DNA from: Macrostomum lignano
Lineage: Eukaryota
Direction of reading: 5' to 3'
Assembly: GCA_002269645.1 (NCBI GenBank)
Contig: NIVC01001920.1
Location: forward strand, 1 to 64,000
Length of the DNA: 64,000 bases
Of this stretch, positions 31,998 through 43,900 are shown piece after piece. Every line of letters begins with the position of its first letter. Within the stretch, counting starts at the first letter, position 1. Below the pieces are notes generated by a model. It did no database searches, was not told the DNA's origin, and saw nothing but the letters and a program-made list of their open reading frames with translations. Both the position numbers and the translations under genes were made by a program.

Positions 31998-34900
31998 ATG
32001 TCGCATGAGTACGACTTAGTTTGGGAGCCGCAGGACACGGCGCCGCCTTCCGGTCACGGCGCCAACATGGACTGCTTTGGCGGCGCCAGCGCTGGTGGAA
32101 ACGGCGGCGGCGGCGGCGTCGGCAGCAGCGGCGTCGGTGGCAGCGGCGGCGGTCCAGAGGACGGCATGGGCGGCATTGACCCGGAGTCCGGGCACAAGCA
32201 CAGCTTCATTAAGAGAACTTTCCACCGGCCAACCTACTGCCATCACTGCGCCGAGATGCTCTGGGGCCTGCTGTCCCAGGGCTTCACCTGCAGCCTGTGC
32301 TCCTTCACCGTTCACGATCGCTGCCTGAAATCCGTGCTGTCACCGTGTACCTGCATAGCGCCTAATATGGTGCTACGGCCAGTCTCTCATTGTTGGAGCG
32401 AACCGGCGCATTTTAAACGCAAATTTTGCAACGTCTGTCGCAAACGTTTGGACTATTATCCTGCGGTGCGGTGCGAGAGTGAGTCACCCAGATAAATAAA
32501 ATAACCCCGAATCCGCGTATATTTGAGCATCGAATTTTTCAGTGGGTCTCTTCTTCCCTTCAGATCCTTCAGTGGGTCTCTTTTTCCCTTCAGATCCTTC
32601 AGTGGGTGTCCTCTACCCTTCAGATCCTTCAGAGGGTCTCCTCTGCCCTTCAATCCTCCAGTGGGTGGCCTCTGCCCTTCAATCCTTCAGCGGGTGTCCA
32701 CGGACTACTTAAGTAGAAGGACGCGACACGCGCGAAACGTGCAAATTTTATTGGAGGCCTGAATATTCAATTTTATGTAGCCAGACTCCGGAAACTCGCC
32801 GAAGTGTAGTTTTTTCACAGGATGCACATAACTTACTGGTAGTCCTTGTTGGTGTGAGATATGTAATGTATGATTAAAACGATGCAGAAACCTTAGAAAT
32901 TAGTTTCAAGCGACGAGAACTAGCTTTTGTCTGGTGAGTTTCGAAGTGCGACACTATGGCATAAAATATGGCTGTTTACTTTTATATAGCACCTACTTTA
33001 AACGATGCTTCAGTATTACCCCGTTGATTGTCTCTGTGGAGCGAACCTTTAACCTGGGCATACGAAAAACATATCGCAGACGTACAGGTATAGATACCAC
33101 TGGTTCTGTACCCATCGCATCGGATAAAAAGAGTCAAAAGACGAAATAAGACAAAGATTTAGAGAATAATAATTTTAAGTCTAAGTATTCAATTATGTTC
33201 TTTTGATATCATTTTATTATTATAGGCTTTTATCAAAATTAAGTAGTCCGTGCGGGTGTCCTCTGCCCTTCAATCCTTCAGTGGGTGTCCTCTGCCCTTC
33301 AATCCTTCAGTGGGTGTCCTCTGCCCTTCAATCCTTCAGTGGGTGTCCTCTGCCCTTCAATCCTTCAGTGGGTGTCCTCTGCCCTTCAATCCTTCAGTGA
33401 GTGGCCTCTGCCCTTCAATCCTTCAGTGGGTGTCCTCTGCCCTTCAATCCTTCAGTGGGTGTCCTCTGCCCTTCAATCCTTCAGTGGGTGGCCTCTGCTC
33501 TTCAATCCTTCAGTGGGTGTCCTCTGCCCTTCAATCCTTCAGTGGGTGCCCTCTGCCCTTCAATCCTTCAGTGGGTGTCCTCTGCCCTTCAATCCTTCAG
33601 TGGGTGTCCTCTGCCCTTCAATCCTTCAGTGGGTGTCCTCTGCCCTTCAATCCTTCAGTGGGAGGCTCTAAAAACAGGAAAATCAAGTTTTATTCCCCCT
33701 TCACCCGCCGCACCTGTAACCATTGGCAGTTTGCGAGTACTATTGCCACCTGGAGTGCCAGGATTTTGTCACAAACGACTGCAAAGAGTGCGCCACGTAC
33801 GGCCCGGAGAGTCAGCAGGTAAACTCATGCACTTGCTCTAATGAGTCAATACAATCTTTAGGTTACACTACCTGTGAGTCCGTATCTCTGCAATCATCGT
33901 CTGTATTTCACGTTTTAAGACGTACCACTCGGCCAATATTTATAGGGTCAATTTTAGTGGCACAAATTCCAGGTGTGAATTGGATAGTTTTCACGATGTC
34001 TGGCTTTTTTTCCAGCTGGGCCCAGCGCATCACTGGCGGGAGGGCAACCTGCCCGGCAACTCCAAGTGCGCCGTCTGCAAGCGCACCTGCTGGAGCTCTG
34101 AGTGCCTCAGCGGCTACCGCTGCGAATGGTGCGGCCTCACCGCTCACGCCGGCTGCCATCGGGCCCTGCCGGCTGAGTGCAGCTTCGGCATCCTTGGCGA
34201 AATTGTGCTGCGGCCAAGTGCGGTCACCTTGCCCAGGACGGACATTCCGCTGGACAAGATTTACGGGCTCCAGCGCAGAAATACCTGTGAGTCCTGCACT
34301 GGCTTTTGTGACGCAATCATCCCTTCCCATTCTCCCCAGTGTCTTTCCCATTCTCCCCAGTGTCTTTCCTATTCTCCCCAGTGTCTTCCCCATTCTCCCC
34401 AGAGTCTTTCCCATTATCCCCAGTATCTTCCCATTATCCCCAGTGTCTTCCCCATTCTCCCCAGAGTCTTTCCCATTATCCCCAGTATCTTCCCATTCTC
34501 CCCAGAGTCTTTCCCATTATCCCCAGTATCTTCCCATTCTCCCCAGAGTCTTTCTTATTATCCCCAGTATCTTCCCATTCTCCCCAGAGTCTTTCCCATT
34601 ATCCCCAGTATCTTCCCATTCTCCCCAGAGTCTTTCTTATTATCCCCAGTATCTTCCCATTCTCCCAGAGTCTTCCCATTATCCCCAGTGTCTGCCCATT
34701 CTCCCCAGAGTCTTTCCCATTATCCCCAGTATCTTCCCATTCTCCCCAGAGTCTTTCTTATTATCCCCAGTATCTTCCCATTCTCCCAGAGTCTTCCCAT
34801 TATCCCCAGTGTCTTCCCATTCTCCCCAGAGTCTTTCCCATTATCCCCAGTATCTTCCCATTCTCCCAGAGTCTTCCCATTATCCCCAGTGTCTTCCCAT

Positions 34901-37900
34901 TCTCCCCAGTGTCTTTCCTATTCTCCCCAGTTTCTTCCCCATTCTCCCCAGAGTCTTTCCCATTATCCCCAGTATCTTCCCATTCTCCCCAGAGTCTTCC
35001 AATTATCCCCAGTGTCTTCCCATTCTCCCCAGAGTCTTTCTTTTTATCCCCAGTATCTTCCCATTCTCCCAGAGTCTTCCCATTATCCCCAGTATCTTCC
35101 CATTCTCCCAGAGTCTTCCCATTATCCCCAGTGTCTTCCCATTCTCCCCAGAGTCTTTCCAATTATCCCCAGAGCCTTTCCTATTCTCTCCAGAGTCTTC
35201 TCATTTTCCCCAGTATCTTTCCTATTCTCCCTAATTTCTTCCCATTCCCTTCAGTATCTTTTAATTCTTTATGGAAGAATATGTAATATGTATTCTTCCC
35301 ATAAGATATTTAAAAATTAGATTGTCCTCTGCAACGCTGTTTAATTTGAGCTACTGATTGTTAGTATTGCTAATTGGTATTGATGATTTCCAAAGCTATT
35401 ATACGAGTATTGTAATTATTGTACGGATGTTCGTTTATGTATTATGCCGCGAGTGGTGGAGTCGGAAGTATCTTGTACATAAAGATCGGTGGTTTTGTGC
35501 CTGAGAGACTTGATTTTGGCACCTCTGAAACTCATTTTGGCGCTTCTTAGACTCATTTTGGCGCCTCTGAGACTCATTTGGCGCCTCTGAGACTCATTTT
35601 GGCGCCTCTGAGACTCATTTTGGCGCCTCTGAGACTCATTTTGGCGCCTCTGAGACTCATTTTGGCGCCTCTGAGACTCATTTTGCCGCCTCTGAGACTC
35701 ATTTTGGCGCCTCTGAGACTCATTTGGCGCCTCTGAGACTCATTTTGGCGCCTCTGAGACTCATTTTGGCGCCTCTGAGACTCATTTTGGTGCCTCTGAG
35801 ACTCGTTTTGGCGCCTCTGAGACTCATTTTGGCGCCTCTAAGACTCATTTTGGCGCATCTGACACTCATTTTGGCGCCTCTGAGACTCATTTTGGCGCCT
35901 CTGATAGCCATTTAAGAGCCCGAAGAAGATTTGTCTTCCTTATATCCCTAATGCCAACTAAAAGATCCCCATCTTCAATGATCGAGATGGAGAAATGGAG
36001 CTAACTAAAGTACATTGTGCTTGGCGCCAATGGTGCTTGCATTGCCGTAACCCAATTAGTCATTGATGATTATGTAGTGCATTGCTCATGCACCAGCTGC
36101 TGGACAGTGTCTCTTGACTGACAGGCCTTGGTTATAGAAATTTCATATTTCCTTTTTAACCAATCTCTCTAGTTGATAAACTTAATTTGTATGTACACTA
36201 GCTGCACACCTATTTTTGCTTAATCTGTTCAATATTTTGTTCACCCTATAATTTTTTATTGCAGCCGCTCTGCCGGGTAATATTCGATTCTATTTAGCGT
36301 TACTGACTTCCGTTTAATTTCAATACCGGTTGAATTCGTCACATAACTGTTGTTCTGTTGCGGACTGACGACCACATTGCCTTTTTTGTCTCTTCTTTTT
36401 AATTGTGTGTTCGTACTGCTGTTCATCTGCACTTTTTTAAAAAACATTCGCCTGGACTAGCGGATTGTTCAGCTGGAATTAGCAGCTGACTCGCGCCCTG
36501 CGACCCTTCACAGCTGATTCACCTGGATTAGCAAGTGATTCACCTGGATTAGCAAGTGATTCACCTGGATTAGCAAGTGATTCACCTGGATTAGCAAGTG
36601 ATTCACCTGGATTAGCAAGTGATTCACCTGGATTAGCAAGTGATTCACCTGGATTAGCAAGTGATTCACCTGGATTAGCAAGTGATTCACCTGGATTAGC
36701 AAGTGATTCACCTGGATTAGCAAGTGATTCACCTGGATTAGCAAGTGATTCACCTGGATTAGCAAGTGATTCACCTGGATTAGCAAGTGATTCACCTGGA
36801 TTAGCAAGTGATTCACCTGGATTAGCAAGTGATTCACCTGGATTAGCAAGTGATTCACCTGGATTAGCAAGTGATTCACCTGGATTAGCAAGTGATTTAC
36901 ATGGATTAGCAATTGATTCAACTGGATTAGCAATTGATTCACCTGAATTAGCAAGTGATTCACCTGGATTAGCAAGTGATTCACCTGGATTAGCAAGTGA
37001 TTCACCTGGATTAGCAAGTGATTCACCTGGATTAGCAAGTGATTCACCTGGATTAGCAAGTGATTCACCTGGATTAGCAAGTGATTCACCTGGATTAGCA
37101 AGTGATTCACCTGGATTAGCAAGTGATTCAACTGGATTAGGAATTGACTCACCTGGATTAGCAAGTGATTGTAATATAATTGAATAAATGGATTTAATTA
37201 ATCAACAAGATTAACTTCTACAGCTATGCTCAATTTCTTTTTCTTTATCCATGTTTATTCGCTCCCGTCTCTCTAATCCTCCTCTTCTGACGCACCATTA
37301 TATGCATAGAAATCTAGCTTGACTGTTGTTCGCGTGTCCTTAAACTACAAATTTGTATCGCTTTTCATTCACCATGAAGGTTGGCATCATCTCTATCTGA
37401 ACTGTCTGCCTTTTACTACGGAAATGTTTACTGTCCAGAAGTTTCACCGTCAATGACTAATTAGATTTGAAAGAATCCGAGCCTCCGAGCAAAAGACAGA
37501 GACAGGCCTCTCTTAGAAATTGCTAGCAAGTGTTTAGTGTGCGTTTTTATAAGTGTCGCTGACTGTGGAAAACTTCCGGAAATGCGCAAGCGCTAAAGGG
37601 CGCCTGTGTGTGGTCTTTACTGGCAGCTCACGTTTCTTATTAAATAATGTCGCTTTTAGAAGCAGACTGGATTCAGAGGCAGATTTTTGGAAGAAGAGGC
37701 AGATTCTTGAAAAAATAGGCAGATTCTTTGAAGAAGAGGCAGATTCTTGAAAAAAAGGAAGCATATTTGATGGATTTTAAGTGACAGATTTGAGAAGAGA
37801 GAGAACAGTGGCAGATTTGAGAAGAAGACAGCAGCGGCAGATTTGAGAAGAGAACAGTAGCAGATTTGAGTAGAAGAGAGCAGTGGCAGATTTGAGTAGA

Positions 37901-40900
37901 AGAGAGCAGTGGCAGATTTGAGAAGAGAGCAGTGGCAGATTTGAGAAGACAGCAGTGGCAGATTTGAGAAGACAGCAGTGGCAGATTTGAGAAGAGAGAG
38001 AACAGTGGCAGATTTGAGAAGAGGAGAGCAGTGGCAGAGTTGAGAAGAGAGAGAGCAGTGGCAGATTTGAGAAGAGAGCAGTGGCAGATTTGAGAAGACA
38101 GCAGTGGCAGATTTGAGAAGACAGCAGTGGCAGATTTGAGAAGAGAGAGAGCAGTGCCAGATTTGAGAAGAGGAGAGCAGTGGCAGAGTTGAGAAGAAAA
38201 GAGCAGTGGCAGATTTGAGAAGAGAGCAGTGACAGATTTGAGAAGAGAGAGAGCAGTGGCAGATTTGAGAGGAGAGCAGTGACAGATTTGAGAAGAGAGC
38301 AGTGACAGATTTGAGAAGAGAGCAGTGGCAGATTTGAGAGGAGAGCAGTGACAGATTTGATAAGAGAGAGAGCAGTGGCAGATTTGAGAAGAGAGCAGTG
38401 ACAGATTTGATAAGAGAGAGAGCAGTGACAGATTTGAGAAGAGAGAGAGCAGTGACAGATTTGAGAAGAGAGAGAGCAGTGGCAGATTTGAGAAGAGAGA
38501 GAGCAGTGGCAGATTTGATAAGAGAGCAGTGGCAGATTTGATAAGAGAGCAGTGGCAGATTTGAGAAGAGAGCAGTGACAGATTTGAGAAGAGAGCAGTG
38601 GTAGATTTGAGTAGAAGAGAGCAGTGGCAGATTTGAGTAGAAGAGAGCAGTGGCAGATTTGAGTAGAAGAGAGCAGTGGTAGATTTGAGTAGAAGAGAGC
38701 AGTGGCAGATTTGAGTAGAAGAGAGCAGTGGCAGATTTGAGTAGAAGAGAGCAGTGGCAGATTTGAGAAGACAGCAGTGGCAGATTTGAGAAGACAGCAG
38801 TGGCAGATTTGAGAAGAGAGCAGTGGCAGATTTGAGAAGAGAGAGAACAGTGGCAGATTTGAGAAGAAGACAGCAGCGGCAGATTTGAGAAGAAGACAGC
38901 AGCGGCAGATTTGAGAAGAGAGCAGTGGCAGATTTGAGAAGAAGACAGCAGCGGCAGATTTGAGAAGAAGACAGCAGCGGCAGATTTGAGAAGAGAGAGA
39001 ACAGTGGCAGATTTGAGTAGAAGACAGCAGCGGCAGATTTGAGAAGAAGACAGCAGCGGCAGATTTGAGAAGAGAGCAGTGGCAGATTTGAGAAGAGAGC
39101 AGTGGCAGATTTGAGAAGAGAGAGAACAGTGGCAGATTTGAGAAGAAGACAGCAGCGGCAGATTTGAGAAGAGAACAGTGGCAGATTTGAGTAGAAGAGA
39201 GCAGTGGCAGATTTGAGTAGAAGAGAGCAGTGGCAGATTTGAGTAGAAGAGAGCAGTGGCAGATTTGAGTAGAAGAGAGCAGTGGCAGATTTGAGTAGAA
39301 GAGAGCAGTGGCAGATTTGAGTAGAAGAGAGCAGTGGCAGATTTGAGAAGACAGCAGTGGCAGATTTGAGAAGAGAGAGAACAGTGGCAGATTTGAGAAG
39401 AGGAGAGCAGTGGCAGAGTTGAGAAGAAAAGAGCAGTGGCAGATTTGAGAGAGAGCAGTGACAGATTTGAGAAGAGAGCAGTGACAGATTTGATAAGAGA
39501 GAGAGCAGTGACAGATTTGAGAAGAGAGCAGTGACAGATTTGATAAGAGAGAGAGCAGTGACAGATTTGAGAGAGAGCAGTGACAGATTTGAGAAGAGAG
39601 CAGTGACAGATTTGATAAGAGAGAGAGCAGTGACAGATTTGAGAAGAGAGCAGTGACAGATTTGATAAGAGAGAGAGCAGTGACAGATTTGAGAAGAGAG
39701 CAGTGACAGATTTGAGAAGAGAGCAGTGACAGATTTGAGAAGAGAGAGAGCAGTGGCAGATTTTGAAACAAAATGAGACAAGAAATCGGCGGATTCACTG
39801 AAATAGCTCGTAATTTGCAACAAAACACTGGAGTAGCAACATGAAATATTGTTCACTCTCAGCCTTTGCCGTTGTTTCTCAGCAATTGCACCACAGTTCG
39901 GCCCTATGGCTGTGCCATAGAATGTCTATTTTGGATAATTTTCACAGCCACCAACTCCCCCCCCCCGCTGCGCAGCCCGCACCATCAGCGAGGACTGGTC
40001 CAGCAGCGGCGGCGATTCAACGCGGGATGAAGCGGCGGCGGTTGCCAACCAGGCCAGCGGCTACCAGGACCGTCGCAGTCCCAAGGATCGCCAGGAGGTC
40101 AACGAGGACCTGGTGAAGATCTACGACGGCAACGGGGCGGCGCAGCGCAAGCAGTACCGGATTGTGTCCATACAGCGGGGCACCACTCTCGCCCAGCTGA
40201 CGGAGTGCGCCCTGAGAGTCTACCACGTCCTGGATGATGCCCGACTGTACACCCTGGTCGAGCTGAACGAACGCGACGGATCCGAGCGTCGGCTGGACGA
40301 ATCCGCGCCGTTGAAGCAGCAGTTCCGATTCGATAGCCGGCGCCCGGCTGTTGTACTGCGTTACAGGGAGAAGGACGCTAATAGGGCCTCCATCCGGGTG
40401 TACCCCACCGGCCTGCAGTACTTTGCCAGAGTGCCCACCAACTTCAAGTGAGTTGGATCCCCGTCTGAATTCCGATCCTGTATTCATGATCCTTGAATCC
40501 ATGATCCCTGAATCCCTAATCCCGAATCCCTGATCCTTGAATCCCTGATTCCGATTCCCTGATCTTGAATCCCTGATCCTTGAATCCCTGATTCCGATTC
40601 CCTGATCTTGAATCCCTGATCCTTGAATCCCTGATCCAGAGTCCCTGATCCTAAACCCCTGATCTTTGAGTCCCTAATCCCGAGTCCCTGATCCTGAACA
40701 CCTGATCCTTAAATCCCTGATCCCAAATCACAGATCCTGAATCCCTGATCCTGAACCCCTGATCCTGAATCCCTGATCCTGAATCCCTGATCCCGAATCC
40801 CTGATCCTGAATCCCTAATCCTGAACCCCTGATCCTTGTATCCCTGATCCTGAATCTCTGATCCTTGAATTCCTGATACTGAATCCCTGATTCTTGAATC

Positions 40901-43900
40901 CCTGATCCTTGAATCCCTGATCCTTGAATCCCTGATTCTTGAATCCCTGATCCTTGAATCCCTGATCCTTGAATCCCTGATCCCAAATCCCTGATCCTTG
41001 AATCCCTGGTCCTTGAATCCCTGATCCTTGAATCCCTGATCCTTGAATCCCTGATCCCAAATCCCTGATCCTTGAATTCCTGATACTGAATCCCTGATTC
41101 TTGAATCCCTAATCCTTGAATCCCTGATCCTTGAATCCCTGATTCTTGAATCCCTGATCCTTGAATCCCTGATCCTTGAATCCCTGATCCTTGAATCCCT
41201 GATCCTTGAATCCCTGATCCTTGAATCCCTGATCCCGAATCCCTGATCCTTGAATCCCTGGTCCTTGAATCCCTGATCCTTGAATCCCTGATCCTTGAAT
41301 CCCTGATCCTTGAATCCCTGATCCCAAATCCCTGATCCTTGAATCCCTGGTCCTTGAATCCCTGATCCTTGAATCCCTGATCCTTGAATCCCTGATCCCA
41401 AATCCCTGATCCTTGAATTCCTGATACTGAATCCCTGATTCTTGAATCCCTAATCCTTGAATCCCTGATCCTTGAATCCCTGATTCTTGAATCCCTGATC
41501 CTTGAATCCCTGATTCTTGAATCCCTGATTCTTGAATCCCTGATTCTTGAATCCCTGATCCTTGAATCCCTGATCCTTGAATCCCTGATCCTTGAATCCC
41601 TGATCCTTGAATCCCTGATCCTTGAATCCCTGATCCCGAATCCCTGACTCTTGAATCCCTGGTCCTGAATCCCGCTTTTAATTCCCAGTTCTAAATCCCG
41701 ATTTTTAATCCCGAATGTTAATCTTCTCCGTGCGAGGCTTGTGTAACCCTATTTTAATATTCTACAAATCTTTAAGAAAACGGCTTTGTTTCCTTGGCAA
41801 AGTTCTACTTGTGCGGACCTTAAGCTACGAAGATATTCATTCGCCGTACCACCCTCCAAGTCCCAGCGAGATTTAGCGCTGTCGAAATGATGATGAAGAA
41901 GGGGACGGGTGCAAAGTCTAGGGGAGAGCGGTTCGTTTCACACTTGACTGCGCCGCTTTGCCTTGAAGCTGGAGTTGGTTGCGATGAATGATCTCCCTGC
42001 CACTGCTGGGGACGGGGGAACTAAAAATAACTTTTTATACATAATATTTGTCTCCATGGATGACTGACGACTACACAGAAATGATGCACTTTGCTTGTTC
42101 CTCTAGCTGCTTATCGGGTGGGAGAGTTTTTTTTGGTTGGGAACTATAATAAATACGGCGTGACGGCTCCCTGAGACATCAGAACTGCTTGAAAGGCTCA
42201 CCACGACGCAAGAGATGGCGTGACCGGGCTCACTAATGACACCAAAAATAGTGTGACGAGCTCCTTAGGAACACAAAAAATTGGGTGACGGGCTCCCTAA
42301 GGACACCAAAAATAGCGTGACGAGCTCCCTAAGGACACCAAAAATAGCGTGACGAGCTCCCTAAGGACACCAAAAATAGTGTGACGAGCTCCTTAGGAAC
42401 ACAAAAAATTGGGTGACGGGCTCCCTAAGGACACCAAAAATAGTGTGACGGGCTCCCTAAGGACACCAAAAAAAGCGTGACGAGCTCCCTAAGGACACCA
42501 AAAATAGTGTGACGAGCTCCCTAAGGACACCAAAAATAGTGTGAAAAACTCTCTAAGGACACGTGACGGGCTCCCTAAGGACACCAAAAATAGTGTGACG
42601 GGCTCCCTAAGGACACCAAAAATAGTGTGACGAGCTCCCTAAGGACACCAAAAATAGTGTGACGAGCTCCCTAAGGACACCAAAAATAATGTGAAAAACT
42701 CTCTAAGGACACCAAAAATAGTGTGACGGGCTCCCTAAGGACACCAAAAATAGTGTGACGAGCTCCCTAAGGACACCAAAAATAGTGTGAAAAACTCTCT
42801 AAGGACACGTGACGGGCTCCCTAAGGACACCAAAAATAGTGTGACGAGCTCAGGACACCAGAAATGGCTTAAGTGTATCTAAGGAACCTGATGTCCCCGT
42901 GTGCTTCATCTCATTGTATTTCTATTTTCTTAAAAGTACCAACCTGAACCCTACCTGAAAAGCAGATACGTGACGGTAACCAAGGAGACCACAGCCCAGG
43001 AGACCATAGTCTACGCATTGAAAAAGTTCGGCGTGGAACAGCTGGACGCTAGCCAGTTGGACCTGGTTGAAGTCAGCTTGGACAAGCAGGTGTCCGAGCG
43101 GACTCTGGCCAGAGACGAGAAACCGCTGCAGCTGTTGCACTCGGTCAGGCGGGAATCAGTGCGCCAGTACATGCTGACCAGGTTCTACATGCAGCCGGTC
43201 ATTGATCCGCGCTATACGGGACTGGCGCTGTACGTTGGCAATCTGAAGACCGGCATGTCGCAACGGGTGTATGAGAAGATACTGATGGAGAAACTGGGCT
43301 CCGGTGAGCCGCGGGATAATGGGATGGGAGTGGGATATTGGGATAATGGGAGTGGGATATTGGGATAATGGGAGTGGGATATTGGGATAATGGGAGTGGG
43401 ATATTAGGATAATGGGAGTGGGATATTGCATATTGTGATTAGTGGGAGTGGGATAATGGATAATAGGAGTGGGATATTGGGATAATAAGAGTGGGATATT
43501 GGGATAATAGGAGTGGGATATCGGGATAATAGGAGTGGGATATTGGGATAGTGGGAGTGAGATATTGGGATAGTGGGAGTGAGATATTGGGATAGTGGGA
43601 GTGAGATAATGGGAGGGGGATAATGGGATAATAGGAGTGGGATATTGGGATAATAGGAGTGGGATATTGGGATAGTGGAAGTGGGATATTGGGATGGTGG
43701 GAGTGAGATATTGGGATAGTGGGAGTGGGATATTGGGATATGGGAGTGGGATATTGGGATAATGGGAGTGGGATATTGAGATAATGGGAGTGGGATATTG
43801 GGATAATGGGAGTGGGATATTGGGATAATGGGAGTGAGATATTGGGATAGTGGGAGTGAGATATTGGGATAATGAGAGTGGGATATTGGGATTATGGGAG

